Shown here piece by piece: positions 12,854-25,539 of a DNA stretch of 64,000 nt. A model generated the notes under the pieces. That model had not been told where the DNA came from, did not search any database, and worked only from the letters and a program-made list of their open reading frames with translations. Both the position numbers and the translations under genes were made by a program. The first letter of the stretch is position 1. Every line of letters begins with the position of its first letter. This DNA is from Antedon mediterranea (lineage: Eukaryota > Animalia > Echinodermata), in contig NC_092675.1 in NCBI RefSeq assembly GCF_964355755.1, positions 29,050,912 to 29,114,911 on the forward strand, in the 5' to 3' direction.

Positions 12854-14129
12854 CAGGGCATCACGTATGCAAAACCCAGGAGAGCAACAAATCGCTCTCC
12901 TCAAATCACCGAGGAGAGCAATTCGCTCTCCTTGAAAAAATTTTAAATCGCTCTCCTCAAATGTTTATGTAAATATGTAAAAAAATTACAATTATTAATT
13001 TTTTGTACACATTTTTTTTGCCCGACAGGGGTGGGGATAACCCCCCCCCCCTCCCCCGCCGGGCACAACAAATGTATACTGTACCTCTCCCCTAAAATCC
13101 CCACACCCACCTTCACACAATATTTTCCGTGGGGATCGTATTATTCTACAGTAAAAAAACTCAAGCCAATTTTTTTTTTATGGCCTGGGTAGATTGGGTT
13201 TCAGGAGCCTGGAGAATCCTGTCCTGGCCAACTATCTATGCCTTTTAGCCTAGCTTTTCTAGCCTAGCTTGTTGGCCTAGAAATCAGACAGAAAACCTGA
13301 AAAGTATTTACCTGCAATTCATATATTATACAATTCTAACATGTAACAGCCATTAAAATATTGATAATAAGTTACAAAGTGTCATTTTAAAATAATTAAG
13401 AAAGATATTTGATCGTGTTTACATGTGTCACACATGGGCGCACGCACAATAGGGGAGGGCTGAGAGAGCTTCTAGAAGATGCTGACGTCACACGTCAGCA
13501 CGTGTTTTGAGGAGGATTTGAGTGACCAAAATTGGTTAGAACTTTCGAAGAAATAATCCATCTTCAAAATGACATAATTAAAGCAACCAGCAGCTAAGCT
13601 TTTTTAAATAATAAACATTATATTTAGGCCTCCTATATTAATGTTTCCTTTTAAAATTAAATATATTTTATTAACTCGTTCCATAAAAACATAAAGGGAA
13701 AAATTATTGGTTGGGACATGATCTTCCTGTAAAGGAGGTGTTTCTATGACACCGTACTGGTTGCACTATGAGGCGATGAAGTAAACTCGCCCTTGAATGC
13801 GCGCAGGCAGGGGAATCCCCTTTGTTGGTACCTCGCACTAGAGCGCGATGAATTGCTCTCCTTTTCGAAGGTTGTTGATTGCGATCGCGCTCGCGATCCT
13901 TAGGCTTGTAGCTTTATAACTTAGCTTATATATTATTAGCCTAGGCCTAGATTGGTTTTAACTTTTAAAAATCCACGTGTTTTTAGGCCTCTTGACAGAA
14001 AAATCAACACTGTCAAAAGCTAGGCTCTATTTTGAAAATTAAGGAGCGCGATAAATTGCTCTCCTCGAAGCCTGTTGAGGAGCGCGGAGGAGCGCGGTCG
14101 CGCAGGCGCTCCTTATAAATGATGCCCTG
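12854..14129. mobile_element. 1.28-kb non-autonomous hAT-like DNA transposon
   Basis: TIR CAGGGCATCA/TGATGCCCTG, repeated subterminal tcgctctcct/aggagcgcg motifs at both ends, flanked by the direct repeat AAACTG. No transposase ORF. Confidence 0.8.
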
Positions 14130-14410
14130 AAACTGCTATGGGTTATTCTGTTTAAATGTCATAGTTCGTTGGAAAACGGATGTTAAAATTAAGTAGTTGA
14201 TTATGTTGTCAAACTACCGTTGCCTATGGCCATTGAACCATTCATCATGGCACACACATAGTATAAATATAATGAAATACAAAGGGTAGTGTACTGTTTA
14301 ATTATATTATACCAAAGGCTAATGAACCAAATAATGTATTAAAATGACACTTTTCACTTGTTTGCAGATCCTTTTAAAACTAGAGATTAAAGTTTTTATT
14401 TAAAAATTAC

Positions 14411-14626
14411 CGCCTGTATTCTTAAACCAAACTTTAGTCATAGTTCGAAATTCGACTTCAAAAAGTACTAGTTCGAGCTATTAATAAAAGCTAGGCTAGG
14501 ACTAAAAAATTTGATCTGTCTCGATTTAGTCGCCGATTTAGTTGTTTTAGTTCAGTTTATGAATTAAATTGATTTTTAAAGTTTTAGCTCGAACTACGAC
14601 TAAAGTCCGGTTTAAGAATACGGGCG
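14411..14626. mobile_element. MITE family C
   Basis: ~35-bp TIR (cgcctgtattcttaaacc.aactttagtc.tagttcga / tcgaactacgactaaagtccggtttaagaatacgggcg) with TAC directly repeated on both sides. Confidence 0.8.
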
Positions 14627-14706
14627 TACAGTACATGTCAGTAGGCTACACTATTATTCACAAGTATAATGATCTAATACTAATAATGAAAGTAAATGTT
14701 TGCTAA

Positions 14707-14867
14707 AGCTCTGTCTACAGTATCAAACTTTATGTGACAAAAAAATGTGATGTGCCCATATATGGATATGATGATGTTATATTACTACTGTATTTGGGCA
14801 TATCACCACCATATTTGGGCACATCACACTTTTTTGGTCAAACTAGTTTGATAGTGTAGACAGAGCT
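14707..14867 (+). mobile_element. MITE family A, full length
   Basis: Both TIRs present; TAA/TTA flanks. Confidence 0.9.
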
Positions 14868-15403
14868 TTATCCAAGGGATATCAAAATTACTGGAATTGT
14901 ACTGGGAAGGATTTACACAACATTTGAAATTTATCATCTTGGATCTAATATAGCAGCCACGTTGATGTCTGAAATCCCCACTTATCATCAATGACTTTAC
15001 GTTGCCTAACTTTATTCATCAAAAAGGCAGTAATGTACTAGAAGTTTTTCAAGCTACATCTGAAACTTACTTTCCAAGATATTTTTGCTTGTTAATATCA
15101 TTTAATTGTCATGGTTAAACATATATTTGTTTAGAATATTTGATATAATCACAATTTAAAAGTAAAATATAGCATTATTTTCCTTTTCAATTAAATGATT
15201 TTGTCATATCATTTTTCAACATTTCATATTTAATATTACAAGAAGTAAGGGTAGATAGATGACTGAGTCATAACACATGTTTATTATTGTTTTATCTTAA
15301 CTTGTGTCACATGTTCTAAACATTGACAATCATGCACAATTTTCCCCAGGTGCCTCCTAACCAATCCAGGTACCTCCTAACCAGTTGTTTATCTTCAGGA
15401 ACC

Positions 15404-15571
15404 TTGTCAAAATTATTCTACTGCAATTACTGCAGTAATTGCAATTCAATTTTTAACCTGTTTATTGAAGTGACTGCTTTATAAACTTCTTCATTGAAAC
15501 AAACTAAAAGTATAAGTTATTGCAGTAAAAAATGTAGTTACTGCAGTAACTGCAGTATAATTATTTTGACA
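15404..15571. mobile_element. Degenerate MITE / inverted repeat
   Basis: tgtcaaaattattctactgcaattactgcagtaa pairs with ttactgcagtaactgcagtataattattttgaca. Confidence 0.65.
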
Positions 15572-16596
15572 TGATCTCTTACTTCTACAGTACTGTACAT
15601 CCAAAGGTAAATTATTGAAAAAAAAATGACATTGTTGTGGCTAGATCTCAGTGGAGATACAAATAAAATAAGCAAAAAGCTAAATCAAAACAATAAAGTA
15701 AAACAGCCAGAAAGAGAATGCTGAACTTTCTGATAATCATCCTAATCCTTTTCGTTTGCTTATTTATTCGACCAACATAAAATAAATACAGTATTTTTAA
15801 AGAGGCAAAAAAAGCTGGGCAGGGCAACTTAAGCAAAATAACTGAAATGAGTCAGCTACCTCTGTATTATTTTTTTTAGCTTTTAATCGACAATATTAAT
15901 TAAATTAATTTCTGGACATGAAAAATATTTTTTTAATTGTTATCCTTCAAGTGCATTTTGCAAACGTCATTGACTTAATTTTGCAGGTACTGTAGGCCTA
16001 CCAGTAATATAACAGTTTTATTACAGTATTTTATTATGATGAAATGTTCTGTACATATTATTTAATAACATTTCCATAACTCCATTAATGAATAGTAATA
16101 TCAATAAAATAATGTTTGTTCAGTCTCAAGGACATGTGACTCTTGTGTTCATTTGCTTGGTTTTTAAAAATATAATTATCATCTATAGGACTAGTACAAC
16201 AAATAGAAAGGCTGTGAAGATCTTAGATTTCCTACCACAATTTTATGATAAAGTGTTGTCTTTACTTACTTTTTTCATTTGTTCTTATTTGTTTAAACAA
16301 GATACGAACCTATGATAAACCTATGAACAATGTCCTAAAGATTTATTTGTCCAACGGAGTGACGACTTTGACAATTTTTGTTCTGAAATCCTTTTAATTT
16401 AGATTTCTATATTTTCCTTGTAACTTGCTAATGGCCCTTTTGCTTTGGCTAGTCCTTACTTAAGGTAGGCATTTGTCCTAGCTTTTTATATTAGTATTTT
16501 ATTATTGTATTCATTCATAATGTTTTCCTTTTGTTTTATTAAATATAAGTGGTATAAGATAATGTAATGCAATTAAAAGATTGCTTGTTCTTGCAG

Positions 16597-16649
16597 AGTC
16601 GTACAACTGTTGAATCAATAATTTATGCAAAAATACCACCTAATAGAAG
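16597..16649 (+). CDS. ZDHHC21: ZDHHC21 exon 6 (SRTTVESIIYAKIPPNR), TTxE motif
   Basis: ttcttgcag acceptor and AG|gtaagg donor; 53 nt, phase 0-2. Carries the conserved DHHC-family TTxE motif. Confidence 0.88.
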
Positions 16650-16833
16650 GTAAGGCTGTATTTTATTATATTGGATTTGGTTTATAGGTTTATTTTAGTT
16701 AAGTCTACATAAAGAAAATATGAGAGATGAAAAGCAGTAAAAGAAAATTAGGAGAAAAAAAGAGACTTTTTTAAAACCAGAATTTTCTTATGGTCCAATC
16801 CTCTTTCCGCCTTTCAAATACTTATGAGTGTTA

Positions 16834-17164
16834 AGCGTGGTTCCCACTAGTGACGCAACACAAGGACGTAACGCAACGCAAGTGAATTGACCAATCACAA
16901 GCGATGGCTTATTCGCTTGTGATTGCTAACTGTCTATAACTTCGCTTGTCATTGGTTAAAACGCTTGCGTTGCGTTTACGTCCTTGCGTTACGCTCTAGT
17001 GGGAACCAAGCTTTAAGCTCTGTCTACACTATCAAACTTTATATAACAAAAAAATGTGATATGCCCATATATGGACATGATGATGTCATATTACTACCAT
17101 ATTTGGGCATATCACATCACGCTTTTTTTTTGTCAAACTAGTTAGATAGGGTGTAGGCAGAGCT
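16834..17164. mobile_element. Abutting MITEs: family B (16834-17012) and family A (17016-17164)
   Basis: Two complete elements separated only by one shared TTA. Confidence 0.9.
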
Positions 17165-17334
17165 TTACAATACATAAAAACCACACAAGAAGTTTCACAA
17201 AACAGTATGCTTATAAAAAAACAATAATAATTTTTACAAAACAGTATATATATGAAAAAAAATCTTATTATTCTTCCATACTTGTTTATTTAATGCTGAT
17301 GTTTGTCTGATACAATTTGTGTATTTCTGTGTAG

Positions 17335-17470
17335 GCCAACTCTTGCAAAACAGACTTCTTTCAAAAATTTCAAAGATGTGTTTGGTACAAGCTGGGTGAT
17401 ATGCTGGTTGAACCCATTTAGACGAAGGCAAGCAAAACCAATGATCTTTTATCCTCACCAAACTGTCTGA
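17335..17470 (+). CDS. ZDHHC21: ZDHHC21 last exon (RPTLAKQTSFKNFKDVFGTSWVICWLNPFRRRQAKPMIFYPHQTV*)
   Basis: tgtgtag acceptor, phase 2 compatible. PaCCT-like NFxxVFG..W..P motif; TGA at 17468-17470. Joined CDS is 999 nt. Confidence 0.93.
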
Positions 17471-17530
17471 TACTGTACTTTTCATTCTTTTAACTTTTTC
17501 AGTACAATAATGTATAATAATGATTGACCA

Positions 17531-17685
17531 CAGTGATGTAACCACTATTGGGGCTTTCTGGTTAAACCCATTGGCCCCAAAGATTAAGGGACCCCAGAGC
17601 ATGAGAAACCTCAATGCAACTACCAAGCATTGGAGGACCTCTTAGGAGTTGAAAACCAGGGGCCTTTGTCCATGTTATGCCACTG
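17531..17685 (+). mobile_element. Degenerate hAT-like MITE in the ZDHHC21 3' UTR region
   Basis: cagtgatgtaac...gttatgccactg ends; similar to the element at 42480-42671. A further inverted fragment lies at ~18845-18920. Confidence 0.6.
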
Positions 17686-20600
17686 ATGAAACACCTTGAT
17701 TCTTGTCTTGGTTATTCATATATACATAGAAATTGTGTTGGTTTCAATGCAAATACAGTCACTTTCTCGTACATTGATGTTCAACAATGTAAAGTGTCCA
17801 GCTGGATCAGAGCTTTTGAAGACCCTGCTTTATGAGAGACGATATACCACTAACTAACCCTCCCCTGTCTCATGGCGCGGTGCCCTTCTGAATCACTTGG
17901 CTCTGATGAGACAACATAGGCCTATGCTTAGCATTCTTAGCTAAGGCCTCACATTTAAACGCTGCTTTTAACACAGCAATTTTAACCCCCAAACAATTAC
18001 ATTAGTTCAAATATTATTTATAGTTTTGAAAATTCCATGTTTAAGTGTAATTTAAACTGTATATTTAAGGTTTATATGTACATTATTATTATTCATGAGC
18101 ACCGTCCTGTGTCTTCCTGTCATGTTTCGTAAAGTCCCTATTATAATTAGTGACACTGACATGTCTGAGTGAAACACCACATTCAACATCTCATGAGGTG
18201 TATCCCATTTCTACAATCTTAGAATGATGGTTTTTACCATGATTGTCAATATTGTCACCGTCTGTGTCTTGTCACGCTGAAAACCGCTAAGCACCAGACT
18301 AGCTCCCTCAGGGAGTCTGGTTGAGCTTAAATTGAGTTGATAAAACATGGGATATATTCCTCTATAAAGTGCACAAAATTGTAACATTTTATTCATTTAA
18401 TGTGTTTATTTTATACTTATTTATTGTTTTACAGATTGTTAGTTATAATTTTTAATTTAGTTATATTGAAATTAAATCATGATATACAACATTTTTTTCA
18501 ATCTGTAAATATTGGACAAACGTACAAATTGTAAGTTAACATTTTATTTATTGAATGTTGTTATATGTCTATTTATACATCATACATTGTACCATGATGT
18601 TTAACTTATTATTACAGATTAATAGTTAATGATTTACTTTTAATTGAAATTATATCATGATAAACAATTTAAAATTTGGTCTGTACATATTGGACAAATC
18701 TTATGTAATATTAATGTATGTGTTAATGGTATAAAACTGTAAATTAATTCATAAATGGTATTCAAAACCATAAATTGTTTCCATTCATATATGTACAATT
18801 TGAAAAAATATATATTTAATAGTCTAGGTTATATTTAGTTAAACTTTTCCCTGGGCCCAGCTCAGGGGCTCCCATAAGCTATGGGACCCTGTGTTTAGCC
18901 AGTGAGCACTTATAGCCATTATTTTAGGACAGAATCTGGACAAATTTACAGATCACTGGCATCTAATAATGAAGACATTATTGTCAACATTTGCTAAGCA
19001 AAACAAGATTCTTTATTTAAATAAAAACACCAAATAGTTTTGGCCTTAGGAAAATAAGATAGTGATCAAGATGACAATCTAAATAATATAATATCAACAC
19101 AAGTGTTTAGAAACATATTTCGTAGATTCGTAGTTTTTAAAATTATTTTATATGGGTAATTTGAGGATATAGGATAAAGATGGTGATGGGAAAAATTTAG
19201 TTTATATTATCCTAATTAATAAAAAAGGGATATGTGGTTTGTTAGTAATATCAGAATACAATTGTACTCTTCCCTAGTAATATTACTCAAGTAAAAGGAA
19301 GGATATTTTATAATAAAATAATAAATATGAATAGTTTTTTAACGTAATTAGGCAAACAAAATTAATAATTGGAAGGAAAAGATAAAGAGGACATTCCATA
19401 GCAATTTTAAGTATTATTTAGTTTTACAAGAAGGTCAATGTAATTGTGTTATTCACAATTAAATTGCTGTACAATCTATATACAAGAGTTTATGACATTT
19501 AACTCTGTAAAGTCACATGGTACACAGCAGACAGTCACATGGTACACAGCAGACATGTTGTGTCATTTTCATCACTTCAATACATGCGCAAAATATGAGC
19601 AACATACACCTTTTTATTCTATTTTCTCAAACTTACATGGGAAAAATCCAGAGGTAGGGATTGGTGTTGCTTGTACCTGCCTTTCACAGCTAAATTATGG
19701 ACTATTTTTTGATACCTACCTTTGACAGCAGACTACAGTATTGAATTTATATACATATATTATTATATGTAGGCACTCCCCTATTAACAAATCGTGGATG
19801 CGCTTATCACTTAAGTGCACAAATTGATGATGATAATAATAGTTAATTTTTTATGCCCAAAATGTACTGAAGTACTTGCAGCAATGAATAATTATGCATA
19901 CATGTGCGAGGGTATTCATTTTGACTGACTGGAAGAGAACAGTTTTTATTAATTATGTCCATCTTTATTAATTCATATTATTCTTAAATAATGAAATGAA
20001 TAACAGATTGTTAATAGATATGAATAACAATATTTATATAAAGGAAAATTTAAATGAAAAAATGAATGAGTCTTGTATCTATATTAGACAACTAGCATTT
20101 TGTGTCAAAATCTTTCAATTTCGGTTCTATTGCATGGTCACCTTTTTGTAAACGTTTTGAGAATTGTCGGTGGCTTGCATGTTGAAAAAAAACGAACCTG
20201 TGTGTCTTTCATCTATTCAGTGGCCTAAAGCTGCCCTTTTTAATAATAAATGTTTCGTATTCATTGAATGGGCAGATGAAAGCCTGACTGTTTTAATTTA
20301 CTCATGAAGAGATCCTGCCCATTCAACTTGTATACTAAATGTAATAATCTGTTTGCAGACAGTTTTAATTATTATGGGGATGCATAATAGTATTTTTGTA
20401 TTTGTCTCATTATAAATTGCCGCTCTTTTTATTGTATTGCTTTACCAGTGATAGAAACTAATAAATGTTGAATTAGCTCACTTAGTATTTCTCATCAACT
20501 TTTAATTATTATGTTATCTTAACTATTTCATTTTGTATTATATTTATACTATGTACTTTGATTTTAATTAAGTTTTACTTGATGTGCTTGATATCATTGA

Positions 20601-20813
20601 AAAAAAATGTAAGATGAGCTCGATAGGCAGGTAGTTGCCATTTTTCTCCTTCCCTTTTTGTCCATATTTCACTCTGTTATTTTGATATTTTTATGCTTTT
20701 TACTATTTTTTTCTTATGGATGAATAAATGAAATAATTTTTTTATGTATATAAACTATAATACTCAAATGTTCTGCCCGGACAATTTATTTAACAGATCC
20801 TTTTGAGGAGTAG

Positions 20814-20973
20814 AGTTTGGTCTACGCTATCAATCTAGTTTCACAAAAAAAGTGTGATGTGCCCAAATATGGTAGTGATATGTTTAAATATGGTATTGAT
20901 ATAACATCATCATGTCCATAATGGGCAGATCACATTTTTTTGTCACATTAAGTTTGATAGTGTAGACAGAGCT
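20814..20973 (-). mobile_element. MITE family A, inverted orientation
   Basis: Reverse-complement core and an intact right TIR followed by TAA. Confidence 0.87.
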
Positions 20974-21997
20974 TAAGAAAACAAAACATGTCTTTAGAGT
21001 CTCCATCAATTTTTCATTAAGAGTGATTAATTAATCATAACATCTTAAATAGACTGTAATTTTATAAATTGTTTACATGTTTTTTTTATACAACATTTAA
21101 TTTTACATGATAAAATTCAATCAATGACTCACTTTGTCTATAATAAGTTTATAATTGATGATGTAAATTGTGATTAGCATCACTCAGTTACTCAATTTCG
21201 TTGAAGTGGTTTACAGTAGGAAGCAGGCATGATGCTAATTTAACCAAATTCAAGTTCGCATTTTGTGGTTTATTTCGGCTTTTTACCAGTTCTTCGTTCC
21301 AGCTGACGGAACTGCACATGGTGTTGGTGTGTCATCGGTTATAACCTCTCGTTACCGACACATCTTTGTAATTATGTACATTTAGAAGGAAATGAGATAT
21401 GATTGATCTTATCGATTGAGACGTTTAGCCGTGCAAATCAACCACCAGTGTGGACCCAGTCTTGATATCATTATGATGTAACTCAACTTGTTCACCCCAG
21501 TTTGTTGATGTATAAAGCCAAAGGTGACTTATTCTTGGTACATGATTAATAAGCTTAGTTATCAGTTGTTGAGCCCCTGCACAAATTAGTGCTTTATTTA
21601 TAAAATATTGTACTGAGTACTTTCCCACTTATAATCTTTAACAACGATTTGTATCTTATTCAAATAATTTTGTTCTTTTGAATGATTCAAAGGAAATAAA
21701 ACCATAAAACTTACTTTTATTCTAGCTTTCGCTAGTGAAGCCCCAGATTTGAATTTCAATGCTGCTACACTACCGTAGTTATTGAAAATTGTACTTAAAC
21801 AGAAAAGCCTACAAATACATCATTAGCGCAGAGACCTTAGTACTGCTTCCGTAAACCCCCATTATTATTAATATTATTATCCTAGCCTAAATTCCATTTT
21901 TAAATTTAAAATAAAAACAACATATACGGTACATAACTAGCGTATAAATATTAAAGAGCCTTTTATCTACAGTGAAATCTACTCTAGGCTACAATAA

Positions 21998-22112
21998 TCC
22001 CACAATGCATCATTGAAAATGGTAGATCAGGCTATAAAATTATTTTAAAATGATCTCCCACAATGCATCATTGTGAAAATGGTGGATAAGGCTATAAAAT
22101 TATTCAAAATGA
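21998..22112. repeat. Two-copy tandem duplication (~58 bp)
   Basis: cccacaatgcatcattg..aaaatggt.gat.aggctataaaattatt occurs twice. Confidence 0.85.
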
Positions 22113-22478
22113 CTGAAATAAATCAGTTATGAAATTTACTGTATGCAGTGATTTTTTATAGTCTGAAATGTTGGCAAAACTAAGACAAAAATTACTTATA
22201 TCATTTATGTAATTGGCTTTTGCCAAAATATTTTTGTGAATGAGATGATATGTACTTGGCAGATTGATTTATTAATCGCTGGTGGTACAAAGTAATGCAT
22301 TTACTGTAGATAAGTATGGCCTTTTTAAAACGTTTATTTTTTAAAATGTTTTTTCAATTATTTTTTAATTTTCAATATATATTTAATCCATGTTGATTTA
22401 ATATTAATTATTTTTTAGTAAATAAATATTCTACCTTTAGAAAAAGCAAATTTTCAGTTTTTTTGATGATTTGTTTAA

Positions 22479-22915
22479 AGACACTTTCCCTGCAGTTTTG
22501 AAAATGTTTTGAAAAATAATGCACATACTGTAAAAACATTAAACCTTGTCCTAAATGTTATATGGTTAATTAAAATAAAAATTGAAAGTCAATGCACTAC
22601 CTAAGTTGCGTGTGTCGATTGTCCTGTCGTAGACGGTCGTAGGCCCAGCCTTGCTAGTCTTAGTTTTCTAGGCCTAGCTGGTAAACATCGGTAATGTATG
22701 AACATTGTATGCTAGCTATAAGCCTAGCATAGGGGTGTCTCGTTGCTGAATTGCCTTTCTGTTTTTTGCAAAATCTGTTAATACAAATTGGTGTGTTGAT
22801 ACAAGACCATGGTGTTTTCCTTAAAAAGTTGCGGTTCTTTCATTTTTTTCTCTCTTCACGAGTAGGTGCGTCACAGAAGCAAACTGAAAATATCAATCTA
22901 ATCCGCAATACATGC
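22479..22915 (-). mobile_element. Degenerate partial copy of the Kolobok-like element at 50626-51256
   Basis: Begins ttaa|agacactttccctgca and continues as a diverged reverse complement of 51256->~50800 (aatgcactacct, ctaggcctagctggtaaacatcggtaa). Confidence 0.75.
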
Positions 22916-22946
22916 TGGTCCATGTATAGTATTTATTTTACATAAT

Positions 22947-23050
22947 ATACATGGCTGGCACAGTCGCATGCGCAAATTTGAGTTAGTGTTTACCAACCGA
23001 CCAACTGACTGACATAGTGAGCTATAGAGTCGCGTTGCATGTGACTAACA
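22947..23050 (-). mobile_element. Short Helentron/DINE-1-like non-autonomous element
   Basis: Reverse complement of the element at 35737-35830; accgacc/actgact microsatellite-like core and agtcgcg subterminal repeats. Confidence 0.55.
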
Positions 23051-25314
23051 CAATGCAGAATACAGTAACAAATACATATTAATTGTATTTGATAATACTA
23101 AAATATAAAGCCACTGAACCTAAGGAAGATGGTTAATATACCATTACCTAAATTAAATAAAAAAGGTTAACAATTATATTTGTGTTTCATAAAATAATGT
23201 AATAGCTTTCTTCTGCCTTCTTGAGTTTTTTTTATAGCAACAATGATGATGTGAACTGGTCAACGCCATTGTAGAATTTGTTCCTTGCATTTCACAAAAA
23301 TAAATTTAGGGATTTCCCCTTTTTTCCATTCCTTTTGATATGTTAATGACATTTTACGCTCCATTGGCAAACTGATTGTTTAATTTTGACAAAATTGCTT
23401 TAACCTTGTATTATAAACTAACTAACTGGAAAATTCCCAAGAACTTGTAGTTTATAATAATTGAATTTGGAAAATTATGATAAAATTAGTCTTTAAAAGA
23501 ATTCTATACAAAGAGACATGTTTTCCTTGATACAATTAATTTTTATAACAATTAAAAATTGATAATTGTAGGTGTCATTGAAAATGATATTATGATGCTC
23601 TTTTAAAATTATTCATATTGTACTTGTTTACCTTCTTACTCTTCTTACTTTTTTTTTCTTACATGAATAATTTTTCCTTCTTATATTTTTTTGTAATTCT
23701 TACTCTATTATAGTTTTCCTTTTCCTTATTGCATCAATTTGCTTTCTATTCTTAAATGAATTACATTTCCTTATTTCATGAATTGCTTTTCTTTTAAAAT
23801 TTCTTTCCTTATATTTTTTTGTTTCTACATGAATTGTTTTTCCTTATTTTTGTTAATTTGTATTATTAAATATTATTTCATCTATTCATCTTGAAGCAAT
23901 CATAATATCATACATTATGTTTTATATTTTTCCCATCTTTTTACCATCTGCTTTAATGATCGTATTAAAATCTTTATTACCTGCAAATCTCTATCGTTTT
24001 CGCTGAGGAAGTATTGTTCTCCGATTTCAGGGTACTCGATCCAATTAAAAATATACGATAAAATATTATGATGTATAAAATATTATGATGTTAATAATAA
24101 TTGTCAATCAAAAACTGCAAGCTCATTTGCAGTACATATTCACAAAGCAACAGGTTTTTTTTTATCACACCAACTCAACAATTATTAGGCAATTAGGATA
24201 AGTAAACTTATTAATCAACATTGTAGCTTTAACATTGATATGATTTAAAAACAATTTCATTCATTCAATTGTTTTTATTTCCCATTCAATTCAATTTCAA
24301 TATCTATTTATTTCGGAAATATCATTCATATTAATAAACTTATAAACAGAAAAAGAAAAATCGTAAACTCTAAACTTAAGTATATAGAATGCTTCTCCAT
24401 CTACAATACATTTTGGAGTTATGGAGCATATGTTTGCAAACACAAAGCAACAAGGATGTTACCACTATTCAACATACATTGCATGAAACCATAGGTAGAT
24501 TTTCGCATGTACTCATTAAAGTTTTTCTTTTTTTAACTTCTGTTTTTTAAGAACACTGTATGCTTTTATTTCACAACAAAACAAAACTAACACAAATTTA
24601 GTAGATACTACAGACAAGCTATGGACTTAAATTTTCTTTGTTGCGTCCTCTCTTTAGAATGAACTCCCACTTGTGATTCATTTAAAAAAATTAATTTAAA
24701 GACTCATTTATTTAGCAAATTTCAGAATAAAAGGCAATGTTAAATTTGTAAAATTGGTGCAATTTAAATTTGTCATTATATTATATTATAAACAATAAAT
24801 ATGGAAAATTAGTATATGGTACAAAACATCAGAATTTGAGTAACGTTTTATAATTGTGACAGGCATCGTTACACACTATAGTTTCTATTGTTTTTATGTT
24901 TTTAATAATAGTTCTTTATATTTCTCAATTTATACATTTATTTCAATGTGTAATATAAATACAATTGACTTTTTGACATTTTGTAACATTTATTAGTTTC
25001 AAACTAATTACTTTTTGTGGTATCATACCATATTGTTAAAGTTATTGACTAAATGGGTTAAAGTTGATGGTATATATGAAATGAAATTGCCACGATCTTA
25101 AAATTATACTTTATTTAAATAAGGTTTATAAAACATCCATATTTTAATAATGCCATATTGACTGTTAATTAAAGGTAGATAGCACTGTAGATTAGAATTG
25201 GATGAACTTTATTTCTTTCTTTTTAAACTTTAACACAGTTAAAGTTGTATATGTACAATTCTTACAATACTGTAGGGATTTAAACAGTCAATCCTCTCCA
25301 TGTTACCTTTGTTA

Positions 25315-25539
25315 AGCTATGTCTACACTATCAAACCTTATGTGACAACAAAATGTGATGTGCCCATATATGGACATGATGATGTCATATCAATCCCCTC
25401 CATGTTACCTTTGTTAAGTCTTGTCTACACTAAAAAAAAATGATGATGTCACATCACTATCATATTTGGCCATATCACTACCATATTTGGGCACATCACA
25501 TTTTTTTATCACATAAAGTTTGATAGTGTAGACAGAGCT
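25315..25539. mobile_element. Rearranged MITE family A with internal duplication of flank and TIR
   Basis: The flank aatcc.ctccatgttacctttgttaag plus the TIR start occurs twice (25290 and 25392). Confidence 0.82.

Noticed and set aside
17234-17626. 130-aa - strand ORF
   Set aside because: Antisense shadow of the ZDHHC21 last exon plus a MITE; no independent support.
22213-22226. TTGGC-TTTT-GCCAA as an NFI autoregulatory site
   Set aside because: The spacer is 4 nt, whereas the canonical NFI palindrome needs 5. A single occurrence.
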